A stretch of DNA of 63,884 nucleotides from Spirogloea muscicola (Eukaryota), in contig WELB01000002.1 in assembly GCA_009602725.1 (NCBI GenBank), positions 948,218 through 1,012,101 of the forward strand, given 5' to 3'. Both the position numbers and the translations under genes were made by a program. Positions 1 to 11,719 of this stretch are shown in pieces. Under the pieces are notes generated by a model. The model was not told the origin of the DNA, made no database searches, and was given only the letters and a program-made list of their open reading frames with translations. Numbering within the stretch: the first letter of the stretch is position 1; the number at the start of each line of letters is the position of its first letter.

Positions 1-236
1 TCGCCTTCGCGGTTCACTTGCGCGCAGGCCGAGCTTTGGCGGCGGCCTCCGGCTTCCGTCAGGGCGACGTCTTTCCACCAGCTAGCTACTCGGATCTGCA
101 TCTCCTGTCTAGAGGTTACTGAGCGTTCCCTGGCTGATGTCTTAGTCCTAGTCGTTCGCACTCAAGCTCCCTCAGACCTTGTCCATTCTTTTGGGCTGGC
201 CTTTCCCAGCCACCAGTCAATCTGGCCGCGCTTTCT
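1..236 (+). mobile_element. 3' end of CRE-like non-LTR retrotransposon (subfamily A)
   Basis: Encodes ...LAFAVHLRAGRALAAASGFRQGDVFPPASYSDLHLLSRGY* (TGA 120-122), then a 3' UTR ending GGGCTGGCCTTTCCCAGCC-ACCAGTCAATCTGG-CCGCGCTTTCT. Near-identical to ~33655-33945 and 54203-54283. Confidence 0.85.
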
Positions 237-848
237 ATGAGAGGCCAGCCCAAACAACAGCTCTTCCAAAGAAATGTACAAGAAGAAGAGGATCTTCCAG
301 GGAATTGTACAAGGTCTGCAGAGTCCTTGTACATCTTCTGTTTGTACAGCAGGCAGTCATGAGAAAAGGCGCGGTGCACATGGACCGTGAGGGAGGCCGA
401 AGCAAGCCCGTACAATGTCTGCGAGAAGGAAGGGCTGTTGCGCAGTGCCCATGAAGTGAAAGAAGAACAGCTCTGCCAAGGAAGGGAGGCCAATCTCAGC
501 CCATGCACTGTTCAGGCGAAAGCTAGTGCAAATTTTGGGGCAAAATGAAAGGACTCCCTATGCAAAGGGGGGTAAGACAACAGAGTGAATGCAGGCTGAG
601 AAGGGACGTCAGTGCCCACGAGTGAGCGCGTATGAACCCGACATGTCATAACAAAACAGAGATTCCAGGAGGGCTTAAGTCAACAGAAAGCAAAAGCACA
701 ACCGAAGGGTGGACTCTGAGCACATAAGCGACGGGCTAATCCAGGCCGCCGGAGCACCACCGTGCAAGCTAACGCGGCCCCTCGCTGGTCCACTCTTGCT
801 GGGGCTGGCTTCTCACAGCCATCGTCCCCTTGGCAAGAGTTTCTTCCT
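237..848. mobile_element. Short terminal tips of the same retroelement group (minus ~237-270 and ~455-510; plus ~785-848)
   Basis: GGGCTGGC(N)nCAGCC hairpin plus TTCTTC tail at 800-846 (+). Partial copies on the minus strand at 240-252 and about 460-505. Confidence 0.55.
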
Positions 849-1997
849 CTCGAGCCACTCCCCACACACTTGGCCTCGCCTGCTTCTCTCCCCCACCCTA
901 CCCCTCACTGCGCAACCTTGGGTTGTTCTCACTGCCTACGCATGCGCCTGCCTACAGCTTGCATTCTGCTCACACACCTGGTGTGCATGTCAAGCGAGAC
1001 CCTGCCTGAGCAGACCCTGCCAGCAGCACACCCAGTGCTGCTTGCATTGATGTACGCCACCTCTGCAGATGCAGCAGAATGAGCTTCACACAACACTGTG
1101 ACCAAGCAGCTAAGCGGCCGCTTTGAAGCTCACAATTATTTTCTTGGCAATCATTGCCAAATATAACTCAAAAGTCAGTCAGAGCAGTTTGACGAATGCG
1201 GCACGGCTAGCGCCGGGGGGGTGTAGGAGGGGAGTGGCGGGAGGTTTTTAATGACCCCGTTTTAGCCAGCCATTGAACTGACAGAGCAGTCAAAGGAGCA
1301 GCACAGTATCTCCAGGGCCTCAAGAATATCTGCATTTCAAGCAGAGTAATGTACTGCTCGCTGCGGAGCAGTTGTGCTGTCCTGCTGCAGGCACTTCTCT
1401 GGTGTCATGGACTCGCTGCCTCCATTTACAATGGCCAAAGGGCTTTTCGGGCCTTGGATGCTCGCTTTTCTTCCTGTCCAGGGCCCATCGACCTGCCAAT
1501 GACCAGGGCTCTGTCTCTGGAGGCCCATACAGGTGCTCCTGGCCGTCTGCCTCCAATGTCCAGTGGAGTGGAAGCCGCTGCAAATCACATCTTGCTCTCT
1601 GGTACCCTACGATGTCAGCAGACGCACTCTCTGACCAAGGAGGCTTGCCGGGTGAGGGGAAGCAGTGTGTATCAACAATAATGTCACAAAAATAGTAACA
1701 GGTAGAGCAAATGGTGCTTGTGACGGTTATGGCCAGGTTCACACCTTGCCTGACTGCGTCCTGAACACAACACACAGCTTTTGAGGATCGGATAGTCAGC
1801 AGTACATCAAGAAATACCTGATAAGAAGAAAACAAACTGATAAGAAGAAAACAAGTAATGAGAAGAACCTGGCATGCCCGCTCCTGCGGAGCCCTCCGAC
1901 GTGAACTACCAACTGGCTAACAACATTACACAGAGTCACCAATTTGGAGAGTGGTAAGCGGGATTATTGTGTTTAAATTACTTTCAGACAAGTGCTG

Positions 1998-4783
1998 CTA
2001 CCTGCACGGATGTGAGGGCAAAAGAGGGGGACGTGCAGAGCCATTCTGAGTGGGGTTGCTAAGCGTGTTGGAGATCATCTCCAGATCCTGCACCAGGTTT
2101 GCCAAAGTATAAATGATTAAGAATGGCCATGTCCAGACAAACATGATCATTTGATCTTCTTGCATTTAACTATGCCAGCAGATCATATGAAAGGGTGTTC
2201 TCATATTGCAAGGGGATATGTGCAAGCCTCAACTTACCTTCAGACCCAGAGATGCAGGGAAGGAAGTCGATCTTGAGAAAGGTATTTTGGCATATTGGTG
2301 CATATTCTGTAGCAGACACAGGTGATTTATCAATCACAAAAATTGCTGGCAATCCTCCAACACCACAGCTTGTAGCCTGACGTCCTTCTTATAGCCTACA
2401 CAACAATACTGATTTAGCACCAGTGAAGGACTGCTCGGCAGAGAGCACAAAGTTGCGAACGTTACCTGCACCAGCTCTGGCTTTTGTACACCCTCCAACG
2501 ATTGCATCACGAATCTGCAGAGCAGGACAATGCCCTGGTTGGCAAAGTCTTGCTTGCTTTCAATAGTGTCGATCTTCACCTCCTGAAGCAGACACAACGA
2601 GTGCAAGGCATTCAGGAGCAAAGGAGGACTGGGCACAGCAATCAAGCCAGAAAAGAGACATCTCATATCTTCAGCATAGAAGGCAGTAATGAGAAGCGTT
2701 TGTCAAATCAGCTATGCTGCAATCAAAATGCTAAGATGATGGCAACGGATCAACGATGCTGGACATGAGAGAGATGAAGTTCTTACCAGGCCTTGCACCA
2801 TGTTCTGCACCGTCTCCACATCCTCTCCCAGAAGACCAATACGGGTGCCAACGTTCTCCACCTGAGTAAAGTACATACAGATGCATGCCACCTTTGCTCA
2901 AGCGGCTACCTCCCAGAGATAAAAACATCTCTCTGTGAGCTGCTGCCTCCAGCATTTGCAGTAGGCCACTATGACAAGCCCACCCCCTGTAAGCAGCTGA
3001 AACAGCTAGACTGACAGGTCATTGATGTCAATCTCTGCTGAATATACCAAGCTGTATGCCAGGGTTTACCTCTCCTTTCAACGCCCTTGTTGCCTCCGAC
3101 TGGTCTTCCAAACTCTTGGTAACACCATCTAATCTTCTAGAGATCTGCCGCTTAGCAGCCTGCATTGACAAAGCAAAACAATAATCTTACGACCTTCTCT
3201 GATTTAACTTAGGTTAGCCCCATTCTCTCGCAAGTTCCAACTTAACAAGCCTGCTCTTGCACATGCAAGAGACAAAGCTTCCTACAGTCCAACAACCTTA
3301 CCGCTAAAGCTGCGGATACAGTCTCCAGCTGCTTCGTGACGCTTGCAACTGCACTGTTCATGCCTTGCTTTGTCACATACATGAAGTCACCTACAGACCA
3401 ACCCTGTTGCCATAAGGAAAAGAGTCAGAACATTGAATACCCACGAACAACACTCAGGTGCCTCGACTCACAAGCAGGCAAGGGCGAGCCAGCACAAAAA
3501 TTGAGTGGTCCCGAATATGAAGGTGTGGGGAAGAATCTGGCGCACCTTCCACCTAACGTAGCCATACCCTGCCAGACCTACAACAGCCGCCGGTACCATA
3601 TAGGATGCTACTGAAACTGAGAGGGAAAGAGAGGGCATATGAGAGGGCATCTGAGCATGCAATGAAGAGCTGCACCAGTCTGTCACTTACGCTTGACGAA
3701 CAGGAGTCCAACCCTAAGCATGGGATGACTCATAAAACAAGGGGCATCGTTTGATTGTCCTACAAGCCTGCCCATATCCCTTCGGGATGCAAAGGTTTCT
3801 GGAACTCTAAGTATCTGATACGACTCAGCTACAATGCAAGCAGCAGTACACAGTTGATGCTTGCAAGCAACATACCACTTCGTCCCTGATTTGTCACGAC
3901 GGTGATAGGCCTGGACGAAGAGGAAGCGAGCTGGCGAAGTTCTGCTGTCAATCTTCGGACCTGCCCCAGTGGCCAAGGGCAGCCTCTCAACAGATCAACA
4001 GCCTGAGCAGACATCTTGGCTCACGCACTTTGCTCACGCAAGGAGCACAACCGAATAGCTGCCAAGATGCTGAAGGTGGACTCAAGCAGATCCTTGTCTT
4101 CCCCTTCTCCTTGAAAGGCTTCTGGTTTCAACCTGGGCAGTAAGGGCCGCTGTCGTGCTGTCGAAGGCAGATTCCCCAGCCTCCTCTTTCTCTCGCAAGT
4201 GCTTGCTGAGAACCTGTGCCGAGGGTGCAGAGGATTCACGCCAGAGCGGCCTTGAGCTCCGAATGGGTTTCAAGCTGAACCAGGCGGAGCGCTGGAGTCG
4301 CCCCGCTGAACCATGTGCAGTGCAGACGGCGGAGTCCGCCGGTCACACCAGCCAGGCCGCCTGGTCGACGGCAGCTCCGGCGACGGCGGAAGGGCCCGCA
4401 GGGACTTGGCTGCTGCGGGAGGAGAGCTCACCCTGGACAGGTCTGCCAGCAGGTCCCGCAGGTGGACGTTGTTGAGCAGAAGCGAGCCCCCGAGGCCTGC
4501 AGCCGCCGCCGGCGATGCTCGCAAGGGGTGCTATCAGCGGCTTGCCAACGACAGGCGCAGACGGCCCCAGTCCGTTCGAGCGCGACGAGCACGGCCAGTC
4601 CGCAGAGCGCTATGTCTCGTTAGCTTCGACACTCGGCTGCGAGCCCGTCCGCGCCTCCCATGGCGGGAGGCCGCAGGAGAGAGAGCGGGAGGGTGGCGGG
4701 AGGCGGGCAAAGGCGCCGCGGCGCGCACCGGCGCCGAGGAGGAGCAGGACTCTGGACCCCGCGAAGCCGGCCTGCATCGCCAT
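1998..4783 (-). CDS. DUF1664 family protein, about 11 exons
   Basis: Spliced by eye: MAMQAGFAGSRVLLLLGA|GLGGSLLLNNVHLRDLLADLSR|VLSKHL..|VRRLTAELRQLASS..|..VPAAVVGLAGYGYVRWK|GFSVGDFMYVTKQGMNSAVASVTKQLETVSAALA|AAKRQISRRLD..|..|EVKIDTIESKQDFANQGIVLLC..|..SLGLK|DLEMISNTLS..PCR*. GT-AG boundaries; matches recalled plant DUF1664 motifs. The 3' end is less certain. Confidence 0.85.
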
Positions 4784-4837
4784 GGACCGGGCGCGGCGGC
4801 GGCGGCGGCGGCGGCGGCGACGGCGGCGCGGCGTCAG

Positions 4838-5333
4838 GAATGATGCGGCTGCCTGATATCAGAGAATGGCGGCTGTGAAGGCCAGCTAGGTGCATACAGA
4901 TGGTGTTCATAACCACGTTAGCTGTTTCCCGCTGGGTCGGTGGTCCTCGTTACTTTCGCTGCTGGCCTCTCAAGCTGACCAGCGGCGCCGGGAGCAGGGT
5001 GCTGCCCTTCCCGGTGGCTCGGTGCCTTTGGGTCTGGTGTCCTGCTACCGTATGCGACTGTCTATGTCTCTGCAGCGCTCCCAAGCGCTTGCTTTGCACC
5101 GCCGCGCTGGTCGCGCCCTTGCAGCAGCCTCTGGCTTGCGCAGCGGGGTTGCTCTTCCTCCCCTCAGCTCATCTGACTTCCTACTGCTGACACGGGGGTA
5201 TTGAGGGCGCCCTGTCTGCCTAGCCTTTGGCTCCGTCATGAACACCTGTATGCATCTGGCTGGCATTTCACAGCCGATTCTTTCATATCAGCAGCCGCTT
5301 TCTTCCCGCTAGCGGAGCCACGGGCTAGGCAGG
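4838..5333. mobile_element. Nested CRE-like 3' ends: subfamily B (+, 4934-5310) inside a related B' tip (-, 4838-5333)
   Basis: B encodes ..WSSLLSLLASQADQRR..YRMRLSMSLQRSQALALHRRAGRALAAASGLRSGVALPPLSSSDFLLLTRGY*. TSD TTCCCGCT at 4926-4933 and 5303-5310. The rejoined flanks match the B' tip at 50551-50644. Confidence 0.85.
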
Positions 5334-5619
5334 CCATGCGGTGGGAGAGGCGGCCTGGTCGAACAACCGAAGGCCCTTCCCCACCACTCAAGCCGCTTGT
5401 CGTCGCCAAGCCCGCCGTCTCCCCGGTCGTGGCTTTGACGTGGCGGGCCTGCCCCCCGCGCTACCACCACTAAACGCACGCAGGGCTCGGGGTTTCTCGA
5501 CTAGCCCTTGCCCACACCGTCGGCCCCCGTCTCGCCTCGCGGCCGCGCGCGCCGCCGCCGCCGCCGCCGCCGGCNGCGGGCGGCGGCGCGGGCGCAGCAG
5601 CGCCGCAACCGGTGCCGCC

Positions 5620-6327
5620 ATGGCGGCCCCCGCGGAGGCCCCCGAGAAGACGGAGGATGAGGAGTTCAGCACGGGGCCACTCTCCGTGCTCACCATGAGC
5701 GTCAAGAACAACACGCAGGTCCGGTCCCGCGCCCCGTCTCCTGCTCCTCCTCAGGCGCTCCTGCTCGGGCGGCGGAGTAGCCCTGGTGAGCGGCGCCCGG
5801 GCCCTCAGCACACTTCAAGTTGGTCGCTGTGCTGGTGCAGGTGCTCATCAACTGCCGGAACAACCGGAAGCTGCTTGGCCGCGTGAAGGCCTTTGACCGC
5901 CACTGCAATATGGTCCTGGAGAACGTCAAAGAGATGTGGACCGAGGTACGCCCACCCGCCGCCGCACAAGGGTCACTAGGTCCACAAAGTCATCCTCCCT
6001 TTCCTCGTGCAGCATTGAATGCGCAGCTTCAATGCAGGTGGCAACAAGTTCCGTGTGATTCTCTTGATTGTACTCTCCTCCGTCGCACCGCTGAGGAGCT
6101 GCTGGTCTGAGTTGCAATAATCTAGTGTGCAACGCTTGAGTAGCAGAGTTAGGGCAACAGGCTGAGGCACAGGCATGCATCTCATGGGCTGCCTTTGGAG
6201 ACGCACGCAGGTTCCAAAGACAGGCAAGGGCAAGAAGAAGGCCAAGCCAGTCAACAAGGACCGCTTCATTTCCAAAATGTTCCTCCGCGGCGACTCTGTC
6301 ATCATCGTTCTCAGGAACCCCAAGTAG
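5620..6327 (+). CDS. SmD2: Small nuclear ribonucleoprotein Sm D2 (exons 5620-5718, 5841-5945, 6211-6327)
   Basis: [106 protein letters not shown]. Confidence 0.98.
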
Positions 6328-6905
6328 TCTCTGGAAGTCAGGTGACTTAGGTCCCTTTGTGGGACTCCTGGCTTTGCAGACAAGGTGGTGGTCTACCAGT
6401 CAGCATGCCCGGCTCAGCAGCTATATGGCACCCACAAGGGACTGACAAGGTGCAGCTGTCCCTTGCGCAGAACCCTCTGTGTTCACAGTCTTACCTATCC
6501 AACATGCAGCTGTACAAGATGTGAATACTGATGCTTGGGCCATTCACGACGCGAGCTTTAGTGAGGGTTTGGCTGTGGGGGAATCACGTCCCTCTCAGAC
6601 ACTGCAGGCAAATTGTGCCTGTGCAGAGGCAAGATCCAGAGAGACTTCACATAAGAATGCCCCTATGTTAGGGTGTGATGGTGCCCATTCTCTTTAGCTT
6701 GAGCTGTACTTAGTGAAAACACTGTCCACTTGGATACCTACCCATAGACCAAGTTGCTCTTCTTCAATCAAGGCCAGCAAGGCCTCTGCTAAGCTGGCAC
6801 TCGAGCTGCTTGTACACGATCACCTGTCACTAATGGGGTGGTCGAGGCAGCAGCTGATATTGCCTTGTCACAACACTGTCCAGTATTAACCAGGCCCAGT
6901 AGTAA

Positions 6906-9900
6906 CTAGGCCTCGTCGGGCTGTGGCTCTGTCATATGCACATGCCGCTGTCTAAGGTTTTGGGAAGTCCCAGTAGAATCCTCTCCGAGCACCTCTGGCT
7001 CTCGCAGCTCCTCAGCCTTGCTTGTGTGCTCAGAGTTTGTTGCTGCCTCCCCATAAGGAGATGTCAGACCCTCCATAGGTCTTAGCAAGTCCGATGGCTG
7101 CAGGGACTGGGCTCCAGTCGATCCTGACGAGGAAGCGGCGCCTGGTAAACCAGACCCACCGCTTACCATCGTCAAAGCCTGGGCCATAGCTCGCATTTGC
7201 TGCATCTGGGCTTGAAGCCACTGCACAGTGGAAGCCAAGCAGTCGAAGTCAAGACATGAAGAAGGTGAGTTGCAGCTGGATTTCCTGCAGCTGGTATTGA
7301 GCGGGAGTGTACAAAGGGATGGGTTGCTGCCAGCAGGCTCACCATCTGCACTAGGGCAGGGTCATGAACAGGGGCCACTTGTTGCTGGAGATGAGTATTG
7401 CCATGGCCCTGACTGACTTGGAAACCTTGCGAAAGCGGTAGCCCAGGCTGATGCAGAGAGCCAGGCGCATGGGGAAACTGATTGAGAGGCCAAGTCCCTA
7501 TAGCGGCTATTTGAGCCTGTGCGGCCATACTAGCCAGTGCTGCCTGAGCCTGAGCTTGTGCTGTCAGATGTGCTCTGAGGTGTCTTTGAAGGTCTATGGA
7601 CTGGGTGCTTGGTGTGCCTTCAGAAGGAGGACTAGCACTTGAAGCCGGCTGCAAAAGTTGGGCATCTGCTGTAGATGTAGGTCCAGAAGACATTCTCTGA
7701 TTTGGAGATACTCCCAGCCCTTGGTGCAGCTGTTGCAGCTGTGCAGAGGTGTACAGATTATACCTGCAATTTCAAACAATTTGAAACAACTAGATTAAGC
7801 ATCTTGAAAGTCCGGCATCTAGGAAGATACATCTCATGCAAGGTGATGAGCAATCTCATGTAAGAAAATGCCAAGAACGGGCAGGTAACTGACCAGTCAT
7901 GAGGGTTAGACTGCCAGGTGCTGAAGGTCTGAGGCGTCCCATAGTTGGCCAATGTAGCAGCCGCATGGATGCGTGCCTGCATGTGCGCATACTGAGCATA
8001 TGATGCAGCTCCTGCTGCATATGGATTCTGAAAGCCATACTGCATGTGAGTTTGGCCATAAGGCTGGGCTCCATAAGTGGCTCCTGCAGCTGCACTCAAG
8101 AGGGTAGCTCATCAAGGACTAAGAAAATGTGATAGAGGTCATCCAACCAGCACAGAAGCATCCTCTGTGGAATTGGACGGGGAGAAAGTGATCATATTGT
8201 AAGAGCGCCCGATCTGCATGTGGTGCTTCAGAGACATCCTTGTACCTCTTCCTTCTGCTCAATTGATACCATATAGGTTCTTGGCTAGTGTCAGCAGAAC
8301 CTTTTTGACATGGGCTTGCATACAATGCCAACTTAGCAGACAATATGCTTGCATCAGGAAATGATGGCAGCTCCCCATTACCTGGAGGATTGGGGGTTTG
8401 CTGAGGGTTGTTGACAGCTTCAGTTGTCTGAGGAGATTCTGGAACCACAGATGCCCGACATGTTGGACACGTCTGTTGCCTCTCCAACCAGGAACGCAGA
8501 CACTGTACATGAAACATGTGGCCACAAGGTAGCTTCTTTGCTGCTGACATCTCTTCTCGGCAGATGATGCAAGTAGCATCCCCCCTGCGCAGACCGGCCA
8601 GGCTTAGGTGTTGAGTACTGAACCGGATTGAGGTACAGCAGATTGCCAGGAGGTTGTTACGGAATTGTCAAATCATGAGCAACGTGGTCAAGGGAGGCAG
8701 AGCGCCCCACCTTCCGAGCTCCTCCGATGTGACGTCTGCAAATCTGTCGTTCATGTTTGAAGTTATGCGCCTGTAGCGGACAAAATCTGAAACTCTGGCT
8801 TTGAAGTTGCGGAATGTTTCGTATAGATCTCGAACCAGGTGAAGTGGCAAACCATAGTACCTGTTGGCACATGCAACAAATAGGAGCTTTGAGTAGCAAA
8901 TAGAGAGCAATCAAGTCTAGGTCCAAGTGCAAGCAACCAATCAACTTCAAACCCTAGTATGCATAATGAGACAAGCCTTCATCAATGGAGTCATGCCTCA
9001 GTGCCTTCCTACCACCTCAAGACAATCTTTGAAGCAAAGTCTGTACCAGCAACTTGGGCCACAGAACGTACACAAAGATAATTGTGAAGAAGATGAGATA
9101 TACTGCAAGGTGCAGCAAGTCCCGCACAAGTTCCAAGTAGAAGACAAACACAGCTTTGTTGTCCCATGAACCCTCCATCACCATGTCTATCTTGTAGAGA
9201 ACGTACTTGATGAAAGTTGCTATTGTAGAGGAAGCAAGAATCACATACCTGCATTACCGCAAACAGAAGCATGCATGATGCGAGTCAATCGGGAGCGCAA
9301 CCACATTCAAGGACTGGAAGACCGCATCATACCTGCGATGGAAGAGATGCTTCTAAATGGAGATACAGGTAGGATAGAGAGTGTAGGGTAAGAGGACATA
9401 CTCGAATGCAAAGAGCAGAAGCACGCTTGGTTTCCTCAAGCGCCAAGTGTAAGAAGCAGCGTACTGGAGGAACAACACGTCAACAAGGAGAAGGAGCGCC
9501 ATGAAGGTAACTATTCTGACATGAGACAGACTGGAGACTGACGGCGTGGTCTCCATGTACTCGACACGCTTCTGGCAGAGCCAGTGGAAGATCTTTATGA
9601 AGAGGAGGGCCGTGAACATAGCCACGAAGAAGACGTCGAACTCCTGTCGGAAGATTGTCATAGCCAGGCAGGTTTCCATGATCTCATGGCGAGCGAGCTC
9701 ATTCAGCCTCTCCACCTCCGCCTCCCGCAACTTTCCCAGGAAGATGATCTTGAGCAGCTGCCCCAAAAGTAGGGTGAATACCAGTGCCATGTTCCCCAGC
9801 ACTACCACGCTCAGCTTGGAGGTCGCCAGGTAGAGAGTGGCAGGGTAGAACTGCTCCCTGGTGCTGTAGGCATGATATATGACCCCGACCGTCACGACCG

Positions 9901-9934
9901 TGCTGACCAGCGCGTAATTCACGAGGCTGATCAT
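6906..9934 (-). CDS. HRD1: ERAD E3 ubiquitin ligase HRD1/synoviolin, multi-exon
   Basis: N-terminal TM region (REQFYPATLYLATSK, LREAEVERLNE, ETCLAMTIFR), then YGLPLHLVRDLYETFRNFK, RING-H2 DATCIICREEMSAAKKLPCGHMFHVQCLRSWLERQQTCPTCR, and a low-complexity tail. Confidence 0.96.
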
Positions 9935-10454
9935 CGCTTCCCCGCCAGCTTCTCCGGGGCTGCGCCGCCTGACGAGCCCGCACAGAGCCTTGCCAAGCGG
10001 CAGAACGACGGGTGGCTATACGACTTGCGGCAGCCGCCGGGTTGTAAATCAGAGGGTGCCGAGGCCAGCACGGGGCCGAGACGCGGACAGAGGGCAGGCC
10101 TGCCGGCGGCCGCTCCGGGGAGAAGCGCCCGGTGAGGGCAGCGGGACGGCGAGGAGGAACGGCGGCGGGCGGCGGCGGCGGCGGCGGCGGCGATGGCGGC
10201 GGCGGGCGACGGCGCCGGCAAGGGTCTCGCGGGCCGAGAGAAAGCAGCGCGGCGGAGGATATATTCGGCTGCTGGCGTTAATCAAAACAGTGGCAGTAAA
10301 CGCCAAAGCGGACAGGCGCTGGCGACCGACCGGCCGGCCGGCCGGCGGGGGATGGTCGGATAACCACGACCAGCGAGTCGGCTAACCCGTGCGAGCTCGC
10401 TGGGCCGGCGGAAGCTTTTGCTGTTCGTGAGAACATTGCTTAGCCTCTCGTGGT

Positions 10455-10677
10455 GAAGAAGATGAGCTCGCCCATAGAAGAGAGAAGGTGCTCGCCCATT
10501 GAGAAGAGGGGCTGGCAAAGCCAACCCAAAAAGAATGGACAATGTTCAAAGCCAAAGAAAGAGGTGCTGAAAAAGGACTACACTACAAAGTGCAAGATGG
10601 TGCAGAGGGAGATGCAGATGGCTGCTCAGTATCCACGTGTGAGCAACAGCAGATCAGAGTAACTCGGAGCAGGAGAA
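10455..10677 (-). mobile_element. CRE-like 3' end (subfamily C), runs into a gap
   Basis: ..SDLLLLTRGY* plus a 3' UTR closely matching 34537-34720. The terminal tip appears twice (10455-10530). Confidence 0.85.
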
Positions 10678-11576
10678 NNNNNNNNNNNNNNNNNNNNNNN
10701 NNNNNNNNNNNNNNNNNNNNNNNNNNNNNNNNNNNNNNNNNNNNNNNNNNNNNNNNNNNNNNNNNNNNNNNNNNNNNNNNNNNNNNNNNNNNNNNNNNNN
10801 NNNNNNNNNNNNNNNNNNNNNNNNNNNNNNNNNNNNNNNNNNNNNNNNNNNNNNNNNNNNNNNNNNNNNNNNNNNNNNNNNNNNNNNNNNNNNNNNNNNN
10901 NNNNNNNNNNNNNNNNNNNNNNNNNNNNNNNNNNNNNNNNNNNNNNNNNNNNNNNNNNNNNNNNNNNNNNNNNNNNNNNNNNNNNNNNNNNNNNNNNNNN
11001 NNNNNNNNNNNNNNNNNNNNNNNNNNNNNNNNNNNNNNNNNNNNNNNNNNNNNNNNNNNNNNNNNNNNNNNNNNNNNNNNNNNNNNNNNNNNNNNNNNNN
11101 NNNNNNNNNNNNNNNNNNNNNNNNNNNNNNNNNNNNNNNNNNNNNNNNNNNNNNNNNNNNNNNNNNNNNNNNNNNNNNNNNNNNNNNNNNNNNNNNNNNN
11201 NNNNNNNNNNNNNNNNNNNNNNNNNNNNNNNNNNNNNNNNNNNNNNNNNNNNNNNNNNNNNNNNNNNNNNNNNNNNNNNNNNNNNNNNNNNNNNNNNNNN
11301 NNNNNNNNNNNNNNNNNNNNNNNNNNNNNNNNNNNNNNNNNNNNNNNNNNNNNNNNNNNNNNNNNNNNNNNNNNNNNNNNNNNNNNNNNNNNNNNNNNNN
11401 NNNNNNNNNNNNNNNNNNNNNNNNNNNNNNNNNNNNNNNNNNNNNNNNNNNNNNNNNNNNNNNNNNNNNNNNNNNNNNNNNNNNNNNNNNNNNNNNNNNN
11501 NNNNNNNNNNNNNNNNNNNNNNNNNNNNNNNNNNNNNNNNNNNNNNNNNNNNNNNNNNNNNNNNNNNNNNNNNNNN
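10678..11576. other. Assembly gap (others: 20057-20135, 26160-26858, 40114-40675)
   Basis: Runs of N, all in divergent 5' regions next to GC-rich sequence. Confidence 0.99.
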
Positions 11577-11719
11577 GCCGCGCCCGCAGGCCGCGCCGCT
11601 GCCCGCCGCCGAGAGCGGCCGCCGAAGCGGCCGCAGCGGCGCCTCTCCCCGTCGCTGCGAGCCCGAGGCTCCTCTGCGCGGGCTCTCCTCTCCTCCTCGG
11701 CGGCCGCCTCCGGAGCCCG

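Noticed and set aside
1818..1854. Tandem duplication of CTGATAAGAAGAAAACAA (similar small duplication at about 14170-14220)
   Set aside because: Ordinary slippage duplications in non-coding DNA.
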